The position numbers were made by a program, and so were the translations under genes. The notes beneath the pieces were generated by a model. That model was given only the letters and a program-made list of their open reading frames with translations. It was not told the DNA's origin and ran no database searches. DNA of 64,000 nucleotides, taken from positions 4,690,784 through 4,754,783 of the forward strand of contig CM121341.1 of assembly GCA_051530055.1 (NCBI GenBank), in the 5' to 3' direction. The stretch is from Neoechinorhynchus agilis. Its lineage: Eukaryota > Animalia > Acanthocephala. Positions 1-11,973 of this stretch are shown one piece after another. Numbering within the stretch: the first letter of the stretch is position 1; each line of letters starts with the position of its first letter.

Positions 1-48
1 CAAGCCATTAGAAAAGCAGCCGGAGGACACCTCCGCTACTATGTTTCT

Positions 49-2846
49 ATGTGCCACGACGAGCTTGCAGATCCAAACAATCGAATGTTCCTTATCGACG
101 TGGTCATTGAGGGACTACCGTTATCTGCTATGATCGATACAGGTAGTTCGAGCAACTTTATTAGCGATAAGGTTGCCATGAATCTGGGACTAAAAACGAT
201 TGCATCGGAAGGTATAGTCAAGCTGGCTGCAACAAATCAACAGATTCGAATCAAAGGCAAATGTCTCGTCGACATTCTTGTGGAAAATCGAACTTATCAT
301 GCTGTCAAATTCAGTGTGTTGGAGGACCTTTGTACGGACGTCATACTCGGTCTAGAATTTCAAAAACTCCACAGAAGCATTCGTTTTGTCTATAATGGTT
401 CCAAAGATGAATTGACAATCAAGCCCCAATCAGACTGTTGCAACTTGATCAAAGCTGATATGTTGGAAACCCCATTGTTTGACTCGATCCCTTTGAATAT
501 TGAGCCTGTTGTGACCAAATCGCGAATGTTTAGCGTTGAAGACCGTTCGTTTATCGATGGTAAAGTAAAAGGGTTACTTTATGTAGGCGTGATAGAACCT
601 AGTCGATCTCCGTGGAGATACCAGATTGTAGTCGTCAAAATCGACTCGAATTCAGGCAAGAAGCGACTAATTATTGATTATTCGCAGACTATCAATAGAT
701 TTACTTCGTTAGACGCTTACCCATTGCCTAACCTTCACCAGCTTATTAATACCATCGCTCAATATCTCGTATTTTCGAACTTCGACTTAAAAAGTGCGTA
801 TCATAAAATCGGCATACCTGCTTCCGAAAGACGGTACACCGCTTTCGAAGCGAATGGTAATCATTGCCAATTTACGCGTATACCTTTTGGCGTTACAAAC
901 TGTGTCGCCGCATTTAAAAGGGCGATGGATAATATGATTAAGGAAGAGAATTTGGAGTGTACGATTTCATATCTAGATAATGTTACTGTAGCAGGTAAAT
1001 CGCAGGAGGAACACGACTCGAATGTAAAGCTCTTTATGGAAGCTGCCGAGAAACGGAAGTTGACTTTGAATCATTCCAAAACTATATCGTCGGTCCGATC
1101 TATCAATCTAATGGGTTACAACATCTGCAATAGAAAGATTCGGCCAGATCCGGAAAGACTGCGTTCCTTATTTGAAATGCCTATTCCTTCTGATTCAAAA
1201 AGTCTAGCTCGAATGCTCGGAATGTTGGCCTATTACTCAAAGTGCATCCAGGACTTTTCGTCGAAAGCTCAAATACTGTATAAATTTCCGATGGAAACAG
1301 ATGAGATCAGAGTTCTCAAAGAATTGAAGGAAGAGTTGGGAAACGCGTCCTTGGGTGCTATCGACGCGGGTAGCCCATTCACCGTCGAATGCGACGCGTC
1401 TGATGTTGCCGTTTCGGCCACACTGAACCAAAACGGAAGACCTGTGGCCTTCATGTCCAGGACGCTCAACAAGTGCGAGATGCGATATCCTGCCGTCGAA
1501 AAGGGGGTGATGGCAATCGTCGAAGCTGTCAGAAAGTGGAGACCTCTACTGAATGGGAGACGTTTTCAGCTTATTACGGACCAACGATCGGTAGCTTTTA
1601 TGATGGACGGTCGCTGACGAACCAAAATTATGAACGACAAGATTCTAGGCTGGAGGATTGAGCTCTCTGCTATGAAATTCGTTATCGCCCTGGCAAAGAT
1701 AATATCGCTGCGGATGCGTTATCGAGGGCCAATGCAATCGACCTTACTGACTTAGAAGAGATTCACAAGCAGCTCTGCCACCCTGGAGTCAGTAGGTTAC
1801 TTCATTTTGTCAGATCGAAGAACTTACCATTCTCTAAATCCGAGGTCAGGTCGATATGCTCGAAATGCAGAACGTGCGCTTTTGTCAAACCGCAGTTTTA
1901 CAGACCCTCCGTGGACTCCCAACTGATACAGGCATTAAAGCCGATGGATAGGGTATCGATTGACTTTAAAGGCCCACTTCCGTCCCGTTCTTCTAACAAG
2001 CACCTATTTACGGCAATCGGTGAATATTCTAGATTCCCGTTTGCCATTCCCTGCGAAAGTATCAATCGTCAGACGGTAATTCGATGCCTTACTTCAATCT
2101 TTTCATTGTGTGGTACTCCTGGATATGTCCATAGCGATCGAGGAGCGACTTTCCTGAGCAGCGATGTAAGTCAGTTCTTGAGGGCGAACGGAATAGCCAG
2201 CAGCCGCACTACTCCGTATCATCCTACGGGCAACGCTCAGGTAGAGCGATTCAATGGCACGATTTGGAGATCCGTGAGCTTAACTATCCATTCACGCGGT
2301 TTGCGCATATCGGATTTACCTCAAGCCTTGCACGCCGCTCGGTCTCTAATCGTACGAACAACCAACTCTACTCCTCACGACCGATTTTTCAGCTTTGCGA
2401 GGCGATCGTCTTATGGCTCGTCACTTCTGTCCTGGTTATTGTCTCCAGGTCGAGCATTATTACGCAATTTCGTGCGAAATAAAACAGAACCGCTAGTGCG
2501 AGAAGTTGAATTGATAGAAGCGAATTCAACACATGCAAGAATACGATATGAAGATGGTACGGAAAGTTCAGTTTCGACCAAGGACCTTGCCAAACTTCCA
2601 GCACCCGATAGCACTAACGATAATCTCATCGAGTGCCCACACGAAGACAGTCGAAGACCGGGTTCCGATGATCCAAACGATTGCGAAACGAAGGTCCCAC
2701 TAGAAAAAACTGTACCACTGATTGCCGTACTGAGATATTCCCGAGTCAACCCTCTACGAGTGCCCGGGAACTCCGCAGATCTACACGAATACGACGAAGA
2801 CCAGAACGATATCGGTGAAAACTCTAAGAGGGCGAGAATGACGTAA
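49..2846 (+). pseudogene. gypsy pol, disrupted
   Basis: Premature TGA at 1615-1617 and a frameshift near 1680. By hand the frame resumes as RYRPGKDNIAADALSR and runs into ORF 1911-2846. Confidence 0.9.
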
Positions 2847-3000
2847 TAATTATACGCGACTAATTCTTCGTCGCCATAATTCAGCCGCTTACTAATCCGC
2901 TCGCACGTACGCATTCACGCATACCGTTATTTTTCAAGTTGAATAAAACTGTCCACCGCATTAACGACGGTCCTTTAGACTTGGAATGAAAATGTCGTCA
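2839..3000 (+). repeat. 3' LTR (162 bp) preceded by polypurine tract 2826-2838
   Basis: AAGAGGGCGAGAA is followed directly by TGACG and the segment ends in CGTCA (5-bp terminal inverted repeat, TG..CA). AATAAA at 2942. Confidence 0.8.
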
Positions 3001-3262
3001 ATATTTTAAGGTCTCGTACAAAAGTATTTTAAATCCATTACTTTGAGAAACATTAATAAATTAAAATTATTTTGCGAGTCTCATCGTCTTTTTTTAATGA
3101 TTTAAAGACGGTCCTTCGAATTTGTAGAATTCGGCACGCAATATTTTAAGGTCTCGTACAAAAGTATTTTGAATCCATTTCTTTGAGAAAAATTTAATAT
3201 ACTGAAATTATTCCACGAGTCTCATCGTCTTTTTTTAATCATTTAAAGACGTTCCTACGATT
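3001..3262. repeat. Direct repeat, two copies, 140-bp period
   Basis: ATATTTTAAGGTCTCGTACAAAAGTATTTT...CGAGTCTCATCGTCTTTTTTTAAT starts at 3001 and again at 3141. Confidence 0.9.
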
Positions 3263-3800
3263 TTTTATATTGTCCGTGATTTTTATCGCCGATCTTCTTA
3301 TAGAAATGAAGACGATGACCGTCGTGATCGCCGTCAGTATCGACGCCGTTCATATCGAGTAGTGGTGATAGAATCACTCATAGAAGGGAGCAAAGCATTC
3401 AATCGTATGAAGGGACGAGCGGAGGTTTTTTAGTGAATGCGGTCATGGAATTAGAGGAAAAACGGCGAGGCGAGCATCACTTTAAACATTTGAATCCTTT
3501 TTCTAAAATTCAAAATCGATTCAATCGTTCGGTTTATATGAAATTATTTGTGTCTTTGACGAAATAAATTCGACAGCGCCGTTTCGAAAAACAAAAATGA
3601 GAAAATCATTCACTCTACTTAATACGCGACCGCTTCTACATTTTAATTTGTTTAAATAATTTGACTACCTAAAGAAACCGCGTTCGATCCAAAAGATTGA
3701 AATTGTGATAAGCGTACCGCCATATTTACGAAATCGCTTGATAATAGAAGCCATTGAAATAAGTTGCTCAGTCCAATTGATGGAAGGTAATAAAGTCAGT

Positions 3801-4625
3801 TTAAAATTGTCATTGAAAAGGCAGTGGTGCTTTAGCTTAGAGAGGATTCTAGTGGACAATGAGTCCAGGAACGGCATTCTGATGAACATTTTTCCTAAGA
3901 ATAACCAGTGTCCGTAGGATAAAGCTATGATTTTCATGTTTTAGATGACAAACCTTGGAGAAATGTCGGAATTATCCGTCAATTAGGTGGGGTGGCAAAA
4001 CTACAAAAAAAGAAAGTAAATAATTTGGATTATTATCTTCGAGGGAAAAGAATACTTTCTTTTTCCCATCTTGCCTCGGATTTAAGTTCACTAATCTATA
4101 TTTCCTCGATATTTCGTCGGATATTTAAAATTGTCATTGAAAAGGCAGCGGTGCTTTAGCTTAGAGAGGATTCTAGTGGACAATGAGTCCAGGAACAGCA
4201 TTCTGATGAACATTTTTCCTGAGAATAACCAGTGTCCGTAGGATAAAGCTATGATTTTCGTGTTTTAGATGACAAACCTTGGAGAAATGTCGGGATTATC
4301 CGTCAATTAGGCGGGGTGGCAAAACTACAAAAAAAAGAGAGTAAACAATAATTTGGATTATTATCTTCGAGGGAAAATACTTTCTTTTTTCCCATCCCGC
4401 CTCGGATTTAAGTTCACTAATCTATATTTCCTCGATATTTTGTCGGATATTTAAAATTTCTATTGAAAAGGCAGCGGTGCTTTAGCTCAGAGAGGATTCT
4501 AGTGGACAATGAGTCCAGGAACGGCATTCTGATGAACATTTTGCCCGATAATAACCAGTGTCCGAAGGATAAAGCTATAATGTTCGTGTTTTAGATGACA
4601 AACCTTGGAGAAATGTCGGAATTAT
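3801..4625. repeat. Tandem repeat, about 325 bp x 2.5
   Basis: Units begin TTAAAATT at 3801, 4125 and 4451 and share GAGGATTCTAGTGGACAATGAGTCCAGGAAC...GATGACAAACCTTGGAGAAATGTCGG. Confidence 0.92.
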
Positions 4626-5100
4626 TTGCCGATAGGTGAAATATCGGAATGTATACGAACCACGTAATTCACACTGTATCCTATCACCAATACGAAATTC
4701 CATTTGTGGGGAATAATTGTGAGCTCGTTTTGCGGATACTTTTTGACTTTATTTGAAGAACTAAAAGAAATCGGAGTTTTTCAGTCTTTAGAAATCCACA
4801 ACGATCCAAAAAACGACGGAAAAAGTTCGAGTATACGGTGATATGGACTGGATCAATTGTGTTGATTGCATTTGGCCGATATCTGATTGGCTTCAAGTCG
4901 TTCACGGTATTGGGTTTTTTCTCTTACCAAATTGCGTGAGCGCGGTTTATTCCTTGAGATTCTCTCAACCGTGGGGTATTAAGAACGTTCATTTAAAACC
5001 ACTTTACTCATTATCGCTTAGCGAACAGATCGTTGATCAGCTCAAAAGGATTTTTCCACACCCGTGTACATTTGAATATTGTTAAATTTTATTTTCACCG

Positions 5101-5520
5101 TTAAAAATATCTCCTTGTGCGTTTAAGGATCTCATAGTCAGTCCAAAACGAATTAAACTTTTCCCATCCAGGTTTCACGGTCCTAGGAAAAAGACCTGCC
5201 TTATAAGCATGTTTGACTATAGTCATTAATTTTTTATATTGACGCCAACACAAACCAGTGGCACTTCTAGGAAGTACAGTTCCGTTTTTTCGAATGTATT
5301 GGTTCAAAATAAGGACGTCTGTATGCTGCACAACAACACCTTTCCTCTCCAGTTTACACCAAGAGCAAACCTCCTCCGGTCCCTCTAATTTGAGAACATT
5401 CTTGGGTTGAACGTGCCGACCTTCTATAATAGTAACGCCAGCTTCAGTCTTCGTAGCGATCAATTTGTGTGCCATCGATGCCACGAACAAGCGGAAATGT
5501 TGTAGTGAAGAAAAACGCAT
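5101..5520 (-). CDS. MRPS18A: Mitochondrial ribosomal protein S18a (mL66)-like
   Basis: TIIEGR...CSWC...DVLILNQYIRKNGTVLPRSATGLC...VKHAYKAGLFP matches the bS18/MRPS18A pattern. N-terminus resembles a targeting peptide. No intron in the ORF. Confidence 0.88.
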   Translation of the reverse strand: MRFSSLQHFRLFVASMAHKLIATKTEAGVTIIEGRHVQPKNVLKLEGPEEVCSWCKLERKGVVVQHTDVLILNQYIRKNGTVLPRSATGLCWRQYKKLMTIVKHAYKAGLFPRTVKPGWEKFNSFWTDYEILKRTRRYF

Positions 5521-6414
5521 CTAGAAAGGATTTGGTGCTATTTTCAGGCGATTTTTCAGAGTTTTTTTGTACACTGAATGCTAGGGAATTCAAACCACGG
5601 TCATTTCCAACCACCCCCTTCACAATGTCGGGTAGCCGCATTTTAAAAAAGGGAATAATAACACTTTTATTTCTTCATAAAAACTCGGGTTCAGATTTGT
5701 TCAATGAATTCGGTTGCTGTGATTTTGGAGTGGATTCGAGTTGTTCGGGTGGTGGTTATGGCTTGTAAAATAGTTGCCGAGGTTTGTGTTTACTCAGAAT
5801 CATTTCAAAAGATACGGACGATAACTTCTATTGGATTTATAGTTTAAAGCATTTAGCCGGTAATGAAAACATGACGTTATCAGTTTAAAAAATAGAACTC
5901 ATGCAATATCTTCTACAATCACCACCGTCCGTAAAATCGGAGCTTCTCTCCTTCCTCGGGTTGTATGGAAAAAGAAGCGGAGATCAGGGTTTGAATCTAC
6001 GCGTTTTTGGGAAAACTCGTGGATATTCCTATTTTAAAAGGAAATTTACACAGAAACGCTCAAACCCAATTTTGGTTTTTATATTCTCGTCCAAATTAGA
6101 ATTTCACTATTCCTGAAATTTTAAAAAGAGAAAGCGGTTTGGGAAAATCATCACTGTGTCCCAAGTCACGGCTGAGAGAACGGATGAGCGCTAGTGCTTG
6201 GTTTCCGCAACAAATCCTTTGTTAGAGCGAATGCTTCATCGTTCTAAAAAGGAAGCTTTAAAAAGTACCATGATTTGGAATGAATGGAAAACAATCTTCG
6301 GTCACAAAGAATGCCAACAACAACGAGATAATCAACGAGTACGTTACTATGAACGTGTTTTCTTACTCGAGCGCTTGTTTAACGCGATCTAAACAAGTAT
6401 TTACTTTTTTCTAG

Positions 6415-6789
6415 ATGGACGTTCACTCGAATTGTAGCGGCCATTTGTGTGACTTCGAGGTTCTTGAATATCTTCAGAAAAGAATCGAGTTTCATAAAGA
6501 ACATCCAAACTCCCTATCAGAAGAACAGTACAAAATAATCACGGATCTGCATGAGAGAATGAAAACAATGCCATGCGCTGCTCAAACACGGGATTATTTA
6601 CGGCCACTAATCGAAGGATTTAGCCTGCTACCAATAACTGATTTCGAAAAACGTCAAATCATCAACTTAGCACCGAAAAGCACCGTGGAACTTGAGATGA
6701 TCTTATCAAAGTCAATGGTAAATCTCACTGCCGAGCAAAGTGCAAAAATTGTTGAGATGTTGAACTCACGTCGCTCACAAAATAGTTAA
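6415..6789 (+). CDS. CRCP: RNA polymerase III subunit RPC9 (Rpb4 family)
   Basis: N-terminal LCDFEVLEYL and HRDC-like ITDFEKRQIINLAPKSTVELEMIL motifs, 124 aa, AATAAA downstream. Confidence 0.85.
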   Translation: MDVHSNCSGHLCDFEVLEYLQKRIEFHKEHPNSLSEEQYKIITDLHERMKTMPCAAQTRDYLRPLIEGFSLLPITDFEKRQIINLAPKSTVELEMILSKSMVNLTAEQSAKIVEMLNSRRSQNS

Positions 6790-7473
6790 TAATGAATTAC
6801 CTTTCGCATTAATAAAAAAGTTAAGTAACATATCGATGTTGTAATTCCGTGCCTCTCTCCTTTTGGAAATATTAAACGATTTTATTATTAAAATTCAAGT
6901 ATGAGTTATTCAAGGCTTAATATCTTACACTGACCACAAAAATACTAAAATTTATATTCTTTTTGGCCAATTTTCTATACGAATACCAGATCTAAAGCAG
7001 TACAAATACTTTTGAAAGTTGATTTTGAGGTGTTTGCAATTTAACAACAAATCTTTTAAAACAAAACCCGAAAATAATATCAACATTTTAACCAAAGTCA
7101 TTTTTTTCCATACTTAGTTTCAGAATATTAATCGGATACAAGAACAGAGAATAAATATGGAGCACACGTGGGTGAAAATTCAAAGGGAATTGAATTTCTT
7201 TAAATGTCTAAAAAAATATGTTTATCCGAAGCATTTTTTAAAGAAACAATCTCTAAAGAAATGTTACTGCTGGGAAATGCTTAGATCAATATTGTATTTT
7301 TGAATCGTCAATGTTTATTCTTTTTTAAATGCGCTCTTTTAATCTTTATAAACTCGCAGAAATTGAATGCAAATTCTGCGTTACTATGGCAATCAAAGGC
7401 AATGAAAAATTCCACAATTGCAAATCATTGAATTCGTTCTACCAAATTTGGGTGCGTTTATTCTTGTAAATCC

Positions 7474-8736
7474 ATGCCCCGGTCCATTCCTAAAGCTCTT
7501 CGTGAGTGCTGTGAACGGTTTCCTTCTTTATGTGAGGAAGTTTTTGGTGATGGACGCATTGTAGAGGAGCGAAGGAAGCAGCCGAAAAGTAAAGAAAGGA
7601 ATCAGACTTCTAAGAAATCCACGAAAAAATCTCCACAAGAAAAGACGGCTCCGAGGAGAAGACGGCGAATAGCGAAGAAAGTTGATGCTAAAGAAAATGT
7701 AAGTTGTTCAGAAGTGAAAATGGATAAAGGAACAAATACTAAACGGGTTTCAAAGAGTTCTCGGGAAAAACCATCTCCACCGATTAAGCGGATCTCAACG
7801 CGTAAAATCGACAAAATGGATTCAGTGAAGAAACTCGGCTGCGACCCGAACAACGTTCCAAATTACAAGACTCAAAGAAGAGCTTTGGGTTGTATGGTCA
7901 AGAGGGCGGTCCTTGGGAGAGAAGCAAATGGTCAAACTGCTATCAAAGAATCTGAAATTATACAGGAATTATTGGCGTGTTTAAAAGAAGAAGGAGTATC
8001 GAAGATTCAACTACGCAACCGCCTTAAATTCACAATCGACCAATGTGTTGAGGGAAAAACTCTCTTGAGAGGTGACGGTGGAACGTTAAAGATTGGACCG
8101 AAATTGAGAAACCGTTGTGCTCCGGGAATTAAATTGCAGCCGAAAGGTGAAGATAAAATTAGTAAGATGAAAGTTCGAGAAAAGGCGAAAAAGAAGGAGA
8201 AACCTGAGAAGAGAATCATTAAAAAGATTGGAAGCAATGCAGTGTCCGAGAACGCTGACAAACCGAAAGGAAAGAGGAAAATTGCGAAGTCAAAGAAAGC
8301 TCCATTGAGAAAAGCTAAGAAGGTTGTTCGCAAAGCAGCGCCGAAGTCAAAAGTTAAGAAAAGAGCGAGTCCAAAAACTTATGTGAGACGCGTTAAAAGA
8401 ACAGTAAAGAAATCTCCTGAGAAAAGAACACGAAAAGCAACCAGTAAGCAAAAAAAGACTAAAGCGCCGGTTCGTTCAATAGAAACCAGGAAACGTACGA
8501 AGAAAACACTAAAAGGTACAAATCCCAAGCGAGCTAAAAAAATTGAAGTGGAAAATAAGGACTTAAATGAGATGAACAAAACTGAAACCGGAGAAGGAGT
8601 CTCAAACAATAAAAAGGTTCAAAAAAGCGATCAAGCATTCTCAGTTGAAATCATTAAAGCAACCGATGAACCTAATTCGGCAAATATTGAGAACTCGGAG
8701 AATACTACGTCACTTGGTTTAGAAGCTTCGATTTAG
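7474..8736 (+). CDS. Lys/Arg-rich linker histone H1-like (winged-helix) protein
   Basis: Central segment MVKRAVLG...ESEIIQELL...LRNRLKFTIDQCVEGKTLLRGDGGTLKIG fits the H15 helix-helix-helix-wing spacing. Long basic N- and C-tails carry KKSP and RASPK motifs. Confidence 0.6.
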   Translation: MPRSIPKALRECCERFPSLCEEVFGDGRIVEERRKQPKSKERNQTSKKSTKKSPQEKTAPRRRRRIAKKVDAKENVSCSEVKMDKGTNTKRVSKSSREKPSPPIKRISTRKIDKMDSVKKLGCDPNNVPNYKTQRRALGCMVKRAVLGREANGQTAIKESEIIQELLACLKEEGVSKIQLRNRLKFTIDQCVEGKTLLRGDGGTLKIGPKLRNRCAPGIKLQPKGEDKISKMKVREKAKKKEKPEKRIIKKIGSNAVSENADKPKGKRKIAKSKKAPLRKAKKVVRKAAPKSKVKKRASPKTYVRRVKRTVKKSPEKRTRKATSKQKKTKAPVRSIETRKRTKKTLKGTNPKRAKKIEVENKDLNEMNKTETGEGVSNNKKVQKSDQAFSVEIIKATDEPNSANIENSENTTSLGLEASI

Positions 8737-9954
8737 TTTTAAAACTTTTTTGATTACAAAAAATGATTGATAAAAATAAAACGTTTTTATAAACGACGAC
8801 AGATATCTTTGACCGAACACTAACCGAGCAAAAATATTACCTTTAAGGAAGGTTACAAATGGAACTAATTTTTAAGGGGCTTTGATAACGCAACAGCATA
8901 TTTCTGTTTTCCATTCAGAGAATTTTATCTAATAAAAGTATTAAATCAGGGAAAATTTCTAACTATTTTCTTTATTCATATCTTCGATCTCCTAACTCTT
9001 TGATATATCGATTGGAAAGCTCTAAATTTTTTATTTATTTGAATGCCATTTTAATCGAACGACGAAATAAATGTTACAAAAACTACATCGTGACAATCGA
9101 TTAATCGACTTTGGATGTGCAAACAGCCAAGTCGAATTAAAAAAATCGACTTGCCCATAATAAGCGTTCGTTCGCCAAGAAAAACCAGAAATTCGACCTG
9201 AGGAAAGACCAACCTTACAAGCGCTCCTGCAAGCAATAAACTCCAATTCCCACGAGAGTGGCCTTCACATTCCCCGGTACAATTGAGTCTTCTTAGATTG
9301 AATAAAAACGACTTTATGAGAACTAACTCATGCGTTTGTTGAAGTTCTGAAGGTCTCCAATTTATTTACAAAGTTCCAAGGCGTGATTAATAAGTGAGCT
9401 TTTTCAGTACTTTAATTTAGACGCGCTTTCGGAAAACATTACCCATTAAATAAAAACTCGAAATTTGAAAACGCGTTCGTGTACCCACTTTTTTCAGTCA
9501 AAGTCAGGGTGGAAAATTTAACGTCGAACGGTTATGAGATTTTCCCTTTGTGTATGAAAAAATCAGGAAATCAAAAAACCATTTCTGCAGTAAATTAATT
9601 TGCACCTTGCCTTTCCAAATTACACACAAATTTCTTTTTTAAACTCCTAATTTTTTTAATGTTACAAGAGAAAGCGTTACAAAAGACTCCATCATCTCTC
9701 GCTTGTTTCCAAAATTCGCCGTACGATTCAGTAATGTTCAAAGGTTGAGATGAAAAGAAATATCAAGAAAAAAAGTACTGAGAAAAGATCGTTCCAAACT
9801 AAAAATCGAGAAATTTGAGGGAACTAAATAAAAACCAAAATTCAGCAATCGATGTTCAAACAAAGAATGTTTGAAGATTGAACTATTCTGATGGTTGTTT
9901 ATGACGGTGGAAAATTAAAGGAATTTCAGTGAGATGCAATGTCCCTTGCACAGT

Positions 9955-10870
9955 GCGTGTCCCTCGAGATCTGATGTGGGCATTCCTCAGGAAAAGGAAT
10001 TGTCCTGAACACTGTCGCCGCGGTCCAAGCGATGTACCGAGAATGCTAACAGCGGGACCATCGACCATTTCCGAGTCTCCGTGGGTCTGCAACGGGGTTC
10101 GGCCCTAAGCCCATTCTTGTTCACGATCGTGATGGACGTCCTAGGAAATGCGGAAAGAGAAATGAACCCACCATGGACGATACTATTCGCGGACGATTTG
10201 ATGCTCACAGCTAGGGACGTGGACACGCTCAAGAATTTGCTGAAGAGTTGGCGACAGCGATTAGAGAGCAAAGGATTGAGAGTGAACAGGTGCAAAATGA
10301 GATACATGGGGCCGGGTAACCTCGATATGCAAGGAACTTAGATCAAAAAGATGAACACCTTCAAATATTTGGGCAGCATATTGAACATGCAATGTGAGCT
10401 CAAACCAGAGATCGGACAAAGAGTTCAATGCAGGTGGAACAACTGGAGGAAGACAACAGGCATCCCTGCGATAAGTATCTCCCGAAACGGCGGGTGTACA
10501 AGGCAGTAGTGCGACCCGCAATGCTTTACGTAGCAGAGAAGTTGGATACGAAGAAGGAAGACGTTCAACGATTAGCTGTCAACGAAATGCGTACGCTGAG
10601 ATGGTCCGCAGGATTGACACGCAAGGATCGAGTGCCCAATGAGGAGGTGCGAAAGCTGTTTGCTGCCGAGCCGATCGAGGAGGTAATCGCTTAGAAGCGG
10701 ATGCGATGGTACCTGCAGGTGACACAAGCAAATGAAGACGCAGCTCGAGGGGAAAAAGAGAAGAGGGAGGCCCAAGAAGAGGTGGGGGGACAGTGTGAGC
10801 GGAGATTTCAAGACGCTGGGAAAGGAGAACAAAGACGAAAACCGACAATGCTGAAAAGAACGACCTCTCA
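9955..10870 (+). mobile_element. RTE-clade non-LTR retrotransposon, 5'-truncated and degenerate
   Basis: VPRDLMW, GLQRGSALSPFLF, PWTILFADD, VYKAVVRPAMLY and LRWSAGLTRKDRVPNEEVR motifs occur across frameshifts. Confidence 0.9.
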
Positions 10871-11689
10871 AGTGAGAGAAAAGTTCAAAGAAATGTTGTT
10901 GTTTTATTAAATCCGATATTTCGGCACACATTTGAGCCCTTTAATTTTTAAGCTATAAACAAGCAACGAATACCGTTCAATACACGGAAGAATCACTAAA
11001 ATGCTCTCAAAGAATGTCTAAAATGTTCAATATTGAACAGAAAAAGAACGGCTTAGCTAAAACCGGGTTACACGGAAGAAAGCGGCGGAAATAAAGGAGA
11101 ATTTGCCTTTCAGAATGTTTAATCTTACTAAAAGAGCTAAAAAAGAGACGGAAAATGATCGGAAAGGTTTCGTCATCAACGAAGAAGGCAAACTCGTTTT
11201 CCCTGTGCCGGCGAAAGAGGTAACAAACGTCGAATTAAAAGATCGACTTCATCACTTGAACTGGCTTAGCGGAATCAAAGCGAACGCTGAAAACTCCATA
11301 AAACTGTGATTATTGTTTTATGTTTCTAATAAATTTAAACAAGCAATACGCTTTTACGTGATTCTCTGAACGTAGATTATCTTCTGAATGTCCTAGCGGA
11401 AAATAGAGTTCATTTATAAAAATCATGGAATGTGTAAGTTTCATTTTGTAGCTTATCCGAATTGTTATCGATCCCAGATTGTTCAGTGGTTATGTCGGAG
11501 AAGGTTCGATTCATAAATTCAAGATTCAACGGTCGAGTGTTCAAATAGAGAGTTTTTGGGACGGGTAATTCAAATGCCGCTTTCGCGAACCCGGGACGGT
11601 TTTTTTTGTCAATCGGGCGCTTAAACAGTTTATGGGTTTCTCGCGAATAATTTTTCAATTCAATAAAATATTTTTTTATCAGATTAGCC

Positions 11690-11815
11690 TGTCTGAAACG
11701 TCGGATTTCTTATATGTAAACGTGATTGTTTGATAAGAGAACAATATTCCGATTCGTTGTATGTTCGAGTCGAGTTCTCGTTTTGATCGTCGCTCAAATT
11801 CGATTTACGACCAAT
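11690..11815 (-). pseudogene. Relic fragment of the FoxO-like C-terminal region
   Basis: Translates to SNLSDDQNENSTRTYNESEYCSLIKQSRL versus copy A LNLSDNRNVNSTRTYNESEYCSPMKQPRL. About 34 nt are identical to the sequence near 12424-12457. Confidence 0.8.
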
Positions 11816-11973
11816 TTCCTCGATTTTTAGATCGTATATTAAAGGGCAAAAATGCGTCTTAAAGATTCGAATGAAGTGTATAGAATTAGAGATAAGAAAC
11901 GATAAAAAGCTAAAAAGAGATCTTTAGGGAACATTGTATTTGATTCCGAAGCAGAAATATAAATAAATGAGTT

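Larger units (their letters stand above)
1..3000 (+). mobile_element. Ty3/gypsy LTR retrotransposon, 3' part (PR-RT-RH-IN plus 3' LTR), inactivated
   Basis: Protease motif AMIDTGSS; RT motifs LIIDY, FDLKSAYH, PFG and YLDN (YxDD mutated); RNase H ECDAS; integrase HHCC remnant (HKQLCHPG...CRTC) and DDE core (SIDFKG, HSDRG, QVERFN). Domain order is gypsy-type. The 5' part lies outside the window. Confidence 0.95.

Noticed and set aside
3860-3930. Hammerhead ribozyme or C/D snoRNA suggested by CTGATGA in the 325-bp repeat
   Set aside because: No correctly placed GAAA with stems II/III and no convincing terminal stem.
8900-9900. Possible minus-strand gene near 9031-9350
   Set aside because: Short open frames only, with no recognisable domain or consistent splice pattern.
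11103-11658. Small convergent ORFs 11103-11309 and 11410-11658
   Set aside because: TTG starts and no recognisable motif. They could be gene remnants but cannot be supported.
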